Source: Naegleria gruberi
Lineage: Eukaryota
Direction: 5' to 3' (one strand)
DNA: 64,000 bases
Assembly (NCBI GenBank): GCA_000004985.1
Contig: GG738855.1
Shown: in pieces, positions 31,329 through 42,404 of the stretch
Position numbering within the stretch: position 1 is the first letter of the stretch
Layout: every line of letters starts with the position of its first letter
Notes under the pieces: generated by a model
What the model saw: the letters and a program-made list of their open reading frames with translations, nothing else
The model's database searches: none
Told to the model about the DNA's origin: nothing
Position numbers and translations under genes: made by a program

Positions 31329-34300
31329 TTATGCAACATTCTTTGCCTTCTTCATTCTGGCTCGTATGAAAAGTGCAATCACAACAGCAAGAAGAACACC
31401 AGCAACGCACACGACAACTACTCCACCAACTGATGAGGCTACTACAGCAATTAACACTGTGTTGTCGTTCACTAGGATTGGTTCTGAGTTTTCTGGTTCT
31501 CTTCCCTTTGTGTTTGCCTTTTTATAGTTTTGGTCAATTACTGCAAAGGAAGTCAAGTGACTAGTTCTGCAACTCATTGAAAAAGTAACAATATTTGAGG
31601 AGGGAGAAAATTTCAAATCATTAATTGTCGTTTCTATGCCGTCTGTCTTCCACTCCTTGTCTGAATTATCAAAAAACATGCAGGTGAAATTTAATAACGC
31701 ATTTGTATCTTTGGCAGTTGACAAATTGGAGAAGTACAATTCGATAGGTTCTTCCAGGTCAACTATTGGAATTTTCTCATCATTGATATTGAACATGGAA
31801 ATTGTTACCACTGAACTAATTGCATAAGCTTCCTCACTTGAAGGACCACTTGAAGAAGAAACTGAGCTAATCACCTTTACCACCTCAGTTGAATTAAATC
31901 CTCTTTCATTGATAAGATAATCTTTCACTGCTGTAGGAAAATTGACTGTTACTGAACTTCCAAACTTTGTGAACGTGATATTCTGGTTATTAACCTCTTT
32001 TAACGAATAAATCAATTCTTTCGTCTCAATATTTCCATTTTGTCCACCACATTTGAAGGTGTTATTGACCAATTCTAAAGTTCCAATACAGTAAGGAGTG
32101 GTACAATTTCTACCAATCCATCCTTCCTTACAAATGCAATTATCAGGTCCAATACATGTTCCTTGATTACAAACTCTTTGATCAATCGAAGGAATTCCAA
32201 AACAAATTGGAACAGAACAGTCCGAACCAGTATAATTGGCATTTCAGAGACAAGTATTTAATCCAACACACGAACCATGTGAAGAACAAACTGCCTCATT
32301 ATTTTCTGGTATTTCATTACATGAAACCATTTGACATTCCGAGCCAAAATACCCAACCTCACATTTACAAATGTTGAATGATTGGCATGAGCCCTTTCCT
32401 CTGCAAACTGATGAAGAATTACTTGATTTTCCATAGCAAGATGTGAAATTACATTGAGGACCTGAATAACCTTCCTTACAAAGACACGAATCCTTATTGA
32501 AACAAGTTCCGTGTGAAGAGCAAGCAGTCAACTCATTCTTTCCAATACCAAAACAATAGAACTGATCACATTGGTTACCATAATAACCTAATTTACAAGT
32601 GCAGGAATTAGGCGAAGAGCAAATTCCATTTGATGAACAAGTAGAAACGTTTCTATTAGAAAGTCCAAAACAAATTGGAATGTCACATGCAACACCAGTG
32701 AAATTTGCATTACATTCACAAGTATTGACATTGACACATGAGCCATTTCTAAAATTACAAACTGAAGAGTCAGTGGATGGGATTGAAAAACAAAGAGGAA
32801 GTTGACATGAATTTCCTGTAAAATTTGGATCACATTTGCAAGTGTTCAATTCTGTACAATTTCCATTTCCAGAACAAACTGAACTATTCGAATTCTTCAA
32901 ACCAAAACAATAGAAATTTTCACAATTATTACCAAAATAACCTGAATTGCAGTCACAAGTATTGAACCCGCTGCATTTTCCTCTTCCTGAGCAAACATTA
33001 GTTTCATTATTTCGAATTCCATAACAGGAAGTCAACTCACAATTAGATCCTTCATAGAACTCATTACAAATACACTTATTAGGTGAAACACACGTTCCTT
33101 TCCCACTACAAACTTTAGAATTGATGGCAACAATACCATTACACATTTGAATATCACATTCTGGTCCTCCATATCTATTCGAAAGTGAACAGTTACATGT
33201 ATTATATCCTACACATGTTCCATTTCTATTACAAACGTTTGGATCATTAGAAAGTTTCCCAAAACATACTGGAAAGCAAGGAGAAGGTGTTCCATCATCA
33301 TTACAAACTAATCTATGAAATTTCTTAATGGAAGTTCCATCAATGAATAGAAATTGATTATTATCTATCATTGTAATACCCATTATGCTTTTTAGAGTTG
33401 GAATAGTTCCATCTGGAAGAATAGCTTTTCCTCCAATACCAACAAGTGTTGAGATTATTCCATTGTCAGGAGAAACCATACGAATCCTTGAATTGTCTGT
33501 ATCTGCCACATATAAAGTGCCATCTGGAGCCAAAACTGCCGAATGTGCTCTATTTATCGATGCACTATATAATTGTTAAAAGAAACATGTATTCGATTTA
33601 GACTAAAGTGATGTTAACTTACCTTTTAGCTGGACCGCCATCTCCACTAAATGAAAATGATCCACTCCCATCTCCAACCAATGTTGAGATAATATCTGTC
33701 GCTTTGCTAACAACTCGTATAGCTCCACTGAAAGTGTCAGCAATCACCAAATCATCTTTTTCACTCAATGAAATTCCATAACTGAAATCGATTTGAGTTT
33801 GAGAGCCAACTACTTGACCATCCCCAGAATAACCTCTTGTTCCACCAATATAGGTATATATAAAACCTGTTGTTGGTTTGATATTTCTAATTCTGGCATT
33901 ATTGGTATCAAGAATGTAGACTAAACCAGAGGTATTACTGTAAGCAACAGAGTAAGGGGTGTCAAGTTTAGCTGCAATGGCTAGCTCTCCATCTCCAGTA
34001 AATCCTGCTGATCCAGTTCCTGCAATAGTTGAAATAAACCCATTAGAAACCTTTCGAATTCTATTGTTATAAGAATCTGCAATATAAACATCACCTTTGA
34101 ATGGATCTACAGAAACACCTCTTGGGAAATACAACTTTGCATTGATTGCCAGCACTCCATCTCCAGAAAACCCTCCACTTCCAGTTCCGGCTATGGTTGT
34201 AATCGTACCATTCAATTAATCTTTCGAATTTTGTGAGCATTTGCATCTGCAATATATAATCTCACCATTAGCATAGGCAATAGCATGTGGAAATAAAAAT

Positions 34301-34455
34301 TTAGCCAAGAGAGCTTGACCACCATCTCCAGAATCACCACTTGAAGATGATTGTCCAGCAATTGAAGTGACAAGTGTCAGATCATAAACTGCATTGACAT
34401 GCATAATAGTAATACAAAGAAGAACAATGATCAACAAGAGCACCTCTTTTGCCAT
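31329..34455 (-). CDS. Single-pass adhesion-like protein: signal peptide - NHL-repeat beta-propeller - ~13 tenascin-type EGF repeats - GPS/GAIN-like motif - TM - short basic tail (contains frame errors and one in-frame TGA)
   Basis: Signal peptide MAKEVLLLIIVLLCITIMHVNA. NHL repeats (VYIADSYNNRIRKV, VYILDTNNARIRNI, LYVADTDNSRIRMV). Intron 33565..33622 is GTAAGT...ATATAG. EGF repeats of the form C.G.G.C...N.C.C..G(Y/F).G..C. Juxtamembrane CMFFDNSDKEWKTDGIETT...VTFSMSCRTSHLTSFAVI resembles a GPS autoproteolysis motif. TM VLIAVVASSVGGVVVVCVAGVLLAVVIALF. Two compensating frameshifts at about 34205-34260 and a TGA at complement(32244..32246). Confidence 0.55.
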
Positions 34456-34606
34456 TTTGTTTCTAAGATAATATTGTCAAGTAGTAAGAAATCTACATTT
34501 CATTTCGGCTAGTTTCGGGATGTTGAATCTCATTCGAAATAATCTTCCTTTACACCTGAAAAGCGACTCGTCATCAATGATCAATCTCATCAAAATGACA
34601 GTTTAT

Positions 34607-35746
34607 TTAAATTACAACAAGATTTTTCAATACATAATTACATTTGCCATCAAATACTGTTCCTGAAGGTGATTTGAATCCATTGGTTGTAATAAACAAG
34701 ACAATTGTGTCAACCAATGAATAAGATTCACTTTCCAATTCGTATTGAACGAATCCATCAGTAAGTTTCTTTTGAGTAATGCTAAAACTTGGATTGTCTA
34801 ATGTGTTCATGTACCAAGTTGAGTAACTTGAGCCACTGTTAACAACATTAGTTGGTTTTGAATTTCTGACGAAATAACGTTTGATACTCAAGTTGATTGT
34901 ATCAGTATATGGACAGGATCCACCATTCGCAATTTCAAAACGAATCTTCTTAATAGTTGCTGATCTTGGTAGTTCAATAGTTAAAGGAGTTTGTGTGAAA
35001 GTTCCAATTGAATATTGACTACTACTAGAAGTTAAAGAATGATAGTAATAATCACATCTATAACTATCAGAAGCACAATATGTAAATTGATTACCAATCA
35101 AGAAAACTTTTCCTGCTTTCAAAATGGTAGCATCATGATAAATTCCAGTAAATGAGCTAGTCTTTCCTTCAATGAATTCAATAAGAGCATTGTCATTGGA
35201 AGTGATTTGTCTATTCTTTGCAATCTTGTTAGAAGATCCAGGCTCTAAAAACCATAATCTTTCTTTCAATTCTGCAATATCCTTATTCATCACGTCAAAC
35301 ATCAAATCAATTTTTTCTTGTTGAGATATTTCAATCTTCTCCAACTTGAAATTGTACATTAAAAGTGAATCTGATGGATCTGGCAATACAATATTAATGA
35401 CATTTCCATTAATGGAATAGGAAGGTTTGACAACACTCATTGAAACACAACTTTTGTAATATCTAAATTCTGCCAAATTAGAATTACCATCTTGATAGAT
35501 GTATTTGTTGTATTGAAGGGAAGTTTCCATTGTGAGGAGAGTTGCGTTTAGTTTCATTGTTACTTGAATTGTATTCGAATCTTGTTTCTTTTCAATGGTA
35601 AAGACGAATTGACCAAAACCTGGACCATCTAGACCTGGTTGACCACGAAGGTGTAGTTGTTTTGCAAGTGGTGGTTGATATTGCGCACTTGCACAACTGA
35701 ATAGAACAACGAAAACTAAAGAGATTAGGATAATGTTTAGTTTCAT
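34607..35746 (-). CDS. Secreted protein of unknown function (family shared with the ORF at 51944..52897)
   Basis: 379-aa ORF with signal peptide MKLNIILISLVFVVLFSCASA. Shares blocks with the 51944 ORF: EFRYYKSC / HFKYYKTC, and KIDLMFDVMNKDIAELKERLWF / KLNTMLEVMMKDIAQLKGMLWF. Confidence 0.5.
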   Translation of the reverse strand: MKLNIILISLVFVVLFSCASAQYQPPLAKQLHLRGQPGLDGPGFGQFVFTIEKKQDSNTIQVTMKLNATLLTMETSLQYNKYIYQDGNSNLAEFRYYKSCVSMSVVKPSYSINGNVINIVLPDPSDSLLMYNFKLEKIEISQQEKIDLMFDVMNKDIAELKERLWFLEPGSSNKIAKNRQITSNDNALIEFIEGKTSSFTGIYHDATILKAGKVFLIGNQFTYCASDSYRCDYYYHSLTSSSSQYSIGTFTQTPLTIELPRSATIKKIRFEIANGGSCPYTDTINLSIKRYFVRNSKPTNVVNSGSSYSTWYMNTLDNPSFSITQKKLTDGFVQYELESESYSLVDTIVLFITTNGFKSPSGTVFDGKCNYVLKNLVVI

Positions 35747-36141
35747 TTTTTTGTTTGTTTATTCGTTGTAGTACAAGTGCTGACAGATTCTTAATTGGAA
35801 ACTAATTAGGATTTTGTAAAGATCTTCAAATTCCAATATGTTTTTAATTGTATTCATTGAAGACATTTGACGTATTGAACTGTTGGGAATTCTCATTTTG
35901 TATTCTGCAATTAATTTTCAAATCTCTCTTCACTTTATTAATTACAAATTAACTATTTCAATTCTATTTTGTAGATTGAATTTTAATTGAATTTAATTCG
36001 AACAGAATGTTTCTGAAGAACTCTTTCGAACAATTTCGTGTCAAGTTCACAACCCGCCCAAGCTATCAAAATCACAGCTCCACTCAAAAACATCTCGCCA
36101 CACTGTTGGTTGTTGAACCACATCAAAAAAATATTCGAAAC

Positions 36142-39043
36142 ATGAATCGCACCAACACGCTTTCGTTTCTTCTTCTTCTGACATTATCCATTCTTCTTTT
36201 AACACTTTCGCGTATCCATGCAGCCATCAAAACTTCATCAATTCTTGCCTTTGGCTATAATCATAGATGGTAAATTCGGTCAGACACCAAATTTTGGTCA
36301 AAAATTACCTGTCAGACATTTGACTCTCGAACAGATATTGTTCAACTCTACTGAATCCATCAAAAAAGCAAAGATATCATCTAGTAACTTACCAGATAGT
36401 CTTCTTCCAGTGTTATCGCATGTGAGTGGAAGTAAACAAGGAGGAAATTTTGTGTTTCATGTCAAGTATATGAATAATGGTCAATTTGTGAATCAGACAG
36501 TGTTTTCATGTGGGAAAATGGGAAAGTTAACACCTCTAGTACCTATTTCGTCAACGCCGATGCCATCTTATGGATTTGTGAGTGAAGGAGTTTCGAATTA
36601 TGGAGACGAAAGATTGGTCAATCAAGAAATTATTAGTTTAAATTGCAAATATTCTTGTATTGCTGTAACTAATCAAGGATTATTATTCATCAAGTGGCAC
36701 AATGAAACTAGTTGGAAATTAGTAGAGTTGCCATCAACCTTCACAAATCCATCAAATTATGAAAATGTCAATTTGAGAATTTCACAAGCAGTCATTGGAG
36801 TTTCCTTAACTGAAGGATCTAACATTGAAGAAACCTTCCTATTACTGACTGATTCTGGATTTGTTTTGAGTTTTGGATATTGTAATAGTGGTTTGAGAGG
36901 TGATTCAACAAGTGCAACAGATTCTCTTTCGTCTAATTCATTCTATACCTTTACTACACTTTCAAATATTAGCTCCATTGGAGTTGGACCAGGTATTGGC
37001 TATGCCATCAATAGCACTGGTCAATTACACGTGTGGGGAAACAATCAAAATGGAATTCTAGGCGATCCTGACCCAAATCTCATTCTTTCAACTCCAAAAC
37101 ATTTGGAATTTAATTGTTTCATGAAGAAATTGTCATTTGGTGAGAGTTTTTGTTTATATTTGTGTCAGGATGGAAGAGTTTTTGGTAATGGACAAGATGC
37201 TGAAGGTGAAATATCAGCAGCACCTGGATCAATTATTTACACTCCTGTGGAAATTACTAGCTCGTTATCTGCTACATTTAATAGTGATATGATTATTGAC
37301 ATTTCGACTAGTGAAAAAACCAGTTTGGCTCTCACATCAACTGGTAAGATAGCAACATGGGGAGATGATAGTCAGCTCGCATTTGGAAGAGAAGGAAATG
37401 GTGGATACACAATTCCAGCAACATTTAGTTCTCTAAATATTGTAAAGGCATTTTTTGTTTACAATATTGGAATTGCAATTACAAATACCAATGAAACTTA
37501 TTATTGGGGATCTAATAGTGCTGGAGAAGCATGTTTGGGTGATTTGTGGTTTGCTGCCAAGCCAACTGTCATTCCAACATTGTCAGATGTTTCACAAACA
37601 CATGTCAATGAAATTTATTTAAGAGCTGCTTGTGGAATGATGCTATCCACAGATGGTATCACCAGTTCTAATATCACATACTGGGGGAAATGTAGTTCTG
37701 GATTGGATGGTCAATATGTTGATCCAACAGTCGCAGTTTCTGCCACAACCTTTGACAACTCACTTTTTAATAATGAAATTCTCAAAAAGTTTGCTCTGTT
37801 TAGAGGAACAGCTGTTGTTAACTCTATTTCTGGGAACAGTTATGGATGGGGAGAAGGTAGAGATTATCAATTGGGAGATGATTCAAGTCATCCTGTTCCA
37901 TTAGCACTATCAGTGAATGTTACTGATATTTTTAGCTCTAATCAATTTACAATTTTGGTTAAAAACGATGGTGGTGTTTATGGATTGGGGACTGTATCTA
38001 GCTCTGGAGCATTTGGTTCGTCCGTGCAAATGTTAACCACACTCACAAAATTGGACACTGATTACGTGACAAGTGATGGAAGCTCTGTAATTCAAGTTAA
38101 AGCTCTAGAAGGTATATCATATCTATTGACATCAAGTGGAAAGGTCTATGGTGCTGGATCCAATGCAAATCAACTCATTATTAACAATTCCACAACCAAA
38201 TTCGAAAACTTTGTAAGAATTAGTGGAGATGATTTACCAGATAATCACAGAATTCGAAAGATTATTGTCTTTCCAAATTCTCCACTAATATTTATTACCT
38301 ATGAAGGAGATGCTTATTATGTCTATCAAGGTATTCACAAGTTTCAGCTCCCAAATTCAAACGATTCATTTGTAATTCATGCATCTTCAAATTATTTGAA
38401 TTTCTATGTTATTACAAAGAAAGGAAATGTTTACGCTATGGGAACAACTAATGAATTTATGGAAATTTCTCAAAATCCAATGGTTTCAAGTTTGAATAAC
38501 ATGACATTGTATGCAACAAAGGAATCTCTTGGTGGTGTGCCTTACTTTATTTCCCCTGAAACCAATTTAGCCATTTTGGCCATCTCTAATGGATGGACAT
38601 GTAATGGAACAGCCTCTACCAGTGATTCTGTTTGTAATGGACATGGAGCATGTGTCGATCAGGATGTATGTGCCTGTAAAGAAAATTATGATGGATCCTA
38701 TTGTGAAAAGTTCACTTGTGGCGGAATTTCCAATGAGGATACAACCACTGTTTGTTCTGGAACAGGAAGTTGCACATCATTTGACACATGTGTTTGTAAA
38801 CAAGGATATAGTGGAGCAAATTGTGAAATTCCTTCTTGCTTTGGAGTAGCAAGTAGCAACACTGGAATTGTATGTAGTGGAAGAGGTCAATGTATGGGAT
38901 TAGATAAATGCAGTTGCATGACTGGATATTTTGGATCCAAGTGCGAATACAAGGCATGTTATTTTGAAAGTATAAGCGCCGGTACAGGAGCTATTCTATC
39001 AATCAAGAACAAGCTTTGTAGAGATATCAATAAATATCTTTAA
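36142..39043 (+). CDS. Secreted RCC1-repeat (beta-propeller) protein with C-terminal tenascin-type EGF repeats; N-terminal exon junction unresolved
   Basis: Signal peptide MNRTNTLSFLLLLTLSILLLTLS sits in ORF 36007..36273. The body is in ORF 36218..39043, so the frame switch near 36200-36265 implies a small intron or indel. RCC1-like repeats: GQLHVWGNNQNGILGD, GRVFGNGQDAEGEI, GKIATWGDDSQLAFG, YYWGSNSAGEACLGD, YGWGEGRDYQLGDD. C-terminal EGF modules CNGHGACVDQDVCACKENYDGSYCE and others. Confidence 0.55.
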
Positions 39044-39649
39044 TTTTGGAATGTTGTTGGTGCATGTTCTTTTTTCTGTTGTTTACAAACCATGTTTCTA
39101 ATTGGTCATGGATACTCTTTCCAGTCGTTCGTCCTTTTCATATTCATTTCTATTAACTGCATTGGATTCGAATTGAGGAGACTTCCTTCAATTGTTGACT
39201 TTTCTAGAATTGGATAATTTATCGTAAATTTATTAAATTATGGTGATGTAAATCTGATGGTGCCATAATTATTTGAGCTCCCGCTTCAATCAATTAAGAA
39301 ATCTTTGGCCAAGTTATAAAATAGGAAGAATAGCAATTATTGGCGCTAAAAAAAGGAAGTTATCTACGGTTATTTGAATTGAACACCATTTCTAATTCAA
39401 AGTAATTGTAACGTGTTGTGAGGAGATTCTTTTGTTTTCCTGTTATCACAATGTGTTGTTTGGAAACTTTAGCCCATTTACAGTAATTTGTCCTACGCTA
39501 GTCGTTTGTTTACCAATTCGGATTGTCATCATTAGAAACTGTACGAAACTTAATTAAAAAAAACACACAACAGTTCCTTCTCCATTTCCATCTCATTACT
39601 ATTCTCACAACTAGGCCTTCTATCAACAACATCAACACCAAAATACTGT

Positions 39650-41252
39650 TTGACAACAACTCCTTTTGAAATGACACAAGACCCACAACCAACATCTCAG
39701 CCAACTACTATCTCTACAAGTAATGACAAGCTCCATCCACCATCAACATCAACAACACAACTCCATCATCCAACAGAGAGCCATACTAAAAAAGATGCAG
39801 ATAACGAATCCAATAAATCATCTACTAAGAGCAGTTTCAGAAGAAAGCAAAAACAACGAGGCTGCTTATGTTTCCGAGGAGGGAAAGCAATTAAAGTGAA
39901 CACTTGTTGTGGTGTTTTGGAATTGTCTTGGATCAAAGTATTGGCCATTGTTGGTATGGCTCTTAATTCCTTCACATTTCTTGTATTATTGGCCTTGTTA
40001 ATTTTCAGTCAAAACTCAAATGCAGCCACTAATATTGATCTCTTAGCAATAAGAAGTGATTTATATCTGTATACAGCTTGGGTGGATGCTTATACACTTG
40101 TTGCTGCCTATTCCCAAAATAAGACCTATTTGAACTATTACTACAATTACCGTGATACCCTTAACACCTTGAAAGATGAACTTGTTTCAAAATTACCCTC
40201 CACTCTAGTGTCTCAACTCAATTCAACAGAAAGTTATCAATATTCTACATATTTAGAAGCTGCTGATACCCTGGCTGTGAATATGATGGAGAATGGAAAC
40301 TATTCGGGTGCTGTTTCTGTACTCACATCTGGATTCTACTATGCTACAAAGTTAAAATATAGAAATTTGCTGGATATTATTCTCAAATATATTCTGGATT
40401 CGCAAACAGAGGCAGAAAATTTATCGGATGCAGCTGTCATTTCTTCACTGGTCATTATAATGTGTAGCTGTTGCAGTGACAGTCCCTGCCATTCTGTTCA
40501 TCTTTGCATTCGCTATCAATAGAGAAGCATTAATGGCACAAAGATATAAAAAGGCAAGAGCTGTTGAATTGATGGATACAATGAGTAATGAAAAATTGAG
40601 AGCTCTCTTCCAAAAACACTGTATTAAGGAATTGAATAATGAAAACTTTGAATTTTTGGAAAAAGTTAATGAATATAAGAGATTGGTAGAACATCAAATT
40701 GAGTTGGTTCAATTATTGAGTGATGGAGATTCAATCCATTCCAATGAATTAACTCAATCTAGTTCCAATGTCTCAAGTAGTCAAATAAGTGCTGCCGAAG
40801 AACCCACTACAGCCAATACAAACACCAACAATTCATCAGATTCTAAAAAGAAGAAGCATACAATGACATCAGTCAAGTCCATTTCTGATTTGGAAAATGA
40901 GTTGGAAGAAATTGAAGGAAAAAAGTTTGCACTTGCCACTGAAATTTACAATAACTTCCTCGATTTGAAAGGACCAAAGACTGTCAACACCACCAAATCC
41001 CATGCTGATAAGGTAAAGATTGAATTGGAGTATTTCAAGAGCAAGCAAATTCATTCCTTGTCCGATGATTTGTTCACATCTTTGGAGAGTGAAATTTCCA
41101 TAGTCCTTCTCGATTCACATTATAGATTTAAAGAATCGATGGAATTTTTGAAGGAAATGAGAGTGAAGAGAATTAAAGATATCAATGAAAAGAAGAAGAT
41201 TAAATCCAATCAACACCACGATCAACACCATCATCACAATAATGGACATTAA
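39650..41252 (+). CDS. Two-TM membrane protein with cytoplasmic RGS domain (apparent +1 frameshift near 40468)
   Basis: ORFs 39650..40522 and 40476..41252 overlap in different frames. Reading through the overlap gives a continuous TM helix (SSLVIIM)CVAVAVTVPAILFIFAFAINREALMAQRYKK. It is followed by an RGS core LRALFQKHCIKELNNENFEFLEKVNEYKRL. A first TM VLAIVGMALNSFTFLVLLALLIF follows an S/T-rich N-terminus. Confidence 0.5.
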
Positions 41253-41470
41253 ATTATACTATTAATTATGTTGAAAAATTTGATTAGATTTGTGGTGTTC
41301 CATTTAAAATATTGGAAAGAGACAATCCATAAAATTAATGCCGATAATAATATTCAAGTGATGAAGGAAATTTCTCTGATTTTGGATGATGATTTGGAAA
41401 TATTCCCATTCTATTTGATAAAACCTTTTATGGGCTTTATTGATAATTTTTTTTAATAAAAAAAGATTTA

Positions 41471-42229
41471 ATGTTATCATCACACAACAATCATTATCAA
41501 CCAACTCTGAGGGTGAGAAACATCTCATCCGATGATTTTGAACATGAGCAACATCCACCACATCATCACGATGAAGAAGAATTGGAAATGAGAACAACAG
41601 GAGAGCCTCCACACTTTTTAAAAGATAATTTCGATTATGCACACTTTGAAAAATTGGCTCTTAGTAATGTGGGATTAAAACACGATGAGCATGATGATCA
41701 CTCGGAGGGACACTACTTGGAGAGATCTTATGTGAGCAAGGGTGGTCTGGTGGTGAATATTCCACAACAACAAGAGGATGGAAATAATAACGGAAATGGA
41801 GAAACACTGGTAGCCTTTCAAGAACATTCTGACGATGAACAACAACAGCAATTCTCAAGTAAATTACCAAAGGTACCACTTCTTAAGGAGATGAATAATA
41901 CATCAACTGCTGCTGGAAATCATGATAATATTACGAACAAGCCAGGAAGACACTACTTTGCACCAGTGGAAGCAACACGAGAGGAAAAGTTAGCGTACGT
42001 GAAGAAGGTAGCAAGAACCTTGTTCATGATCTTTCTTGTTATTCTCATGAGTGCTATGGTAGTCATTGATTACATCTCCAATCCAAAGAATACCTGGGTG
42101 ATTAGGTTGAGTATTTTCGTGTCGATGGTCATCTTGTGGAGGTTTCTGTATGAATACCTCTTTGAAATTATATTTGAGTGGATATTGGAGTATCTTGTTT
42201 ACAAGGAGAAGAAGCAAACCTCTGTCTAA
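41471..42229 (+). CDS. Hypothetical His/Asp-rich protein with C-terminal transmembrane segments
   Basis: 252-aa ORF. C-terminal hydrophobic helices TLFMIFLVILMSAMVVIDYI and IRLSIFVSMVILWRFLYEYLF. No recognisable domain. Confidence 0.4.
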   Translation: MLSSHNNHYQPTLRVRNISSDDFEHEQHPPHHHDEEELEMRTTGEPPHFLKDNFDYAHFEKLALSNVGLKHDEHDDHSEGHYLERSYVSKGGLVVNIPQQQEDGNNNGNGETLVAFQEHSDDEQQQQFSSKLPKVPLLKEMNNTSTAAGNHDNITNKPGRHYFAPVEATREEKLAYVKKVARTLFMIFLVILMSAMVVIDYISNPKNTWVIRLSIFVSMVILWRFLYEYLFEIIFEWILEYLVYKEKKQTSV

Positions 42230-42404
42230 TGCTTTTACCTTCTACTAACAACATGTGGTTCCATACAACTTCCGACTTGCGACTTTTGAGACAATGAGTG
42301 GTTTTATTTTTTTTGAAAAGGTAAAAATTTAACGGCTAGTTGGGGCGCACCTTGAAAATATACGAAGTTCTTTCCATCACAAAACAATTTTCCACATCAA
42401 CAAA

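Noticed and set aside
32244-32246. Confident selenocysteine call for the in-frame TGA
   Set aside because: No SECIS element could be verified by eye. A disulfide-forming EGF cysteine is an unlikely Sec site. Other frame lesions nearby make error or pseudogenisation more parsimonious. Kept only as a low-probability alternative.
36007-36141. ORF start MFLKNSFEQFRVKF... at 36007 as the start of the RCC1-EGF protein
   Set aside because: The signal-peptide-like segment begins at the internal Met (MNRTNTLSFLLLL, 36142). The upstream 45 codons are probably 5' UTR read in frame.
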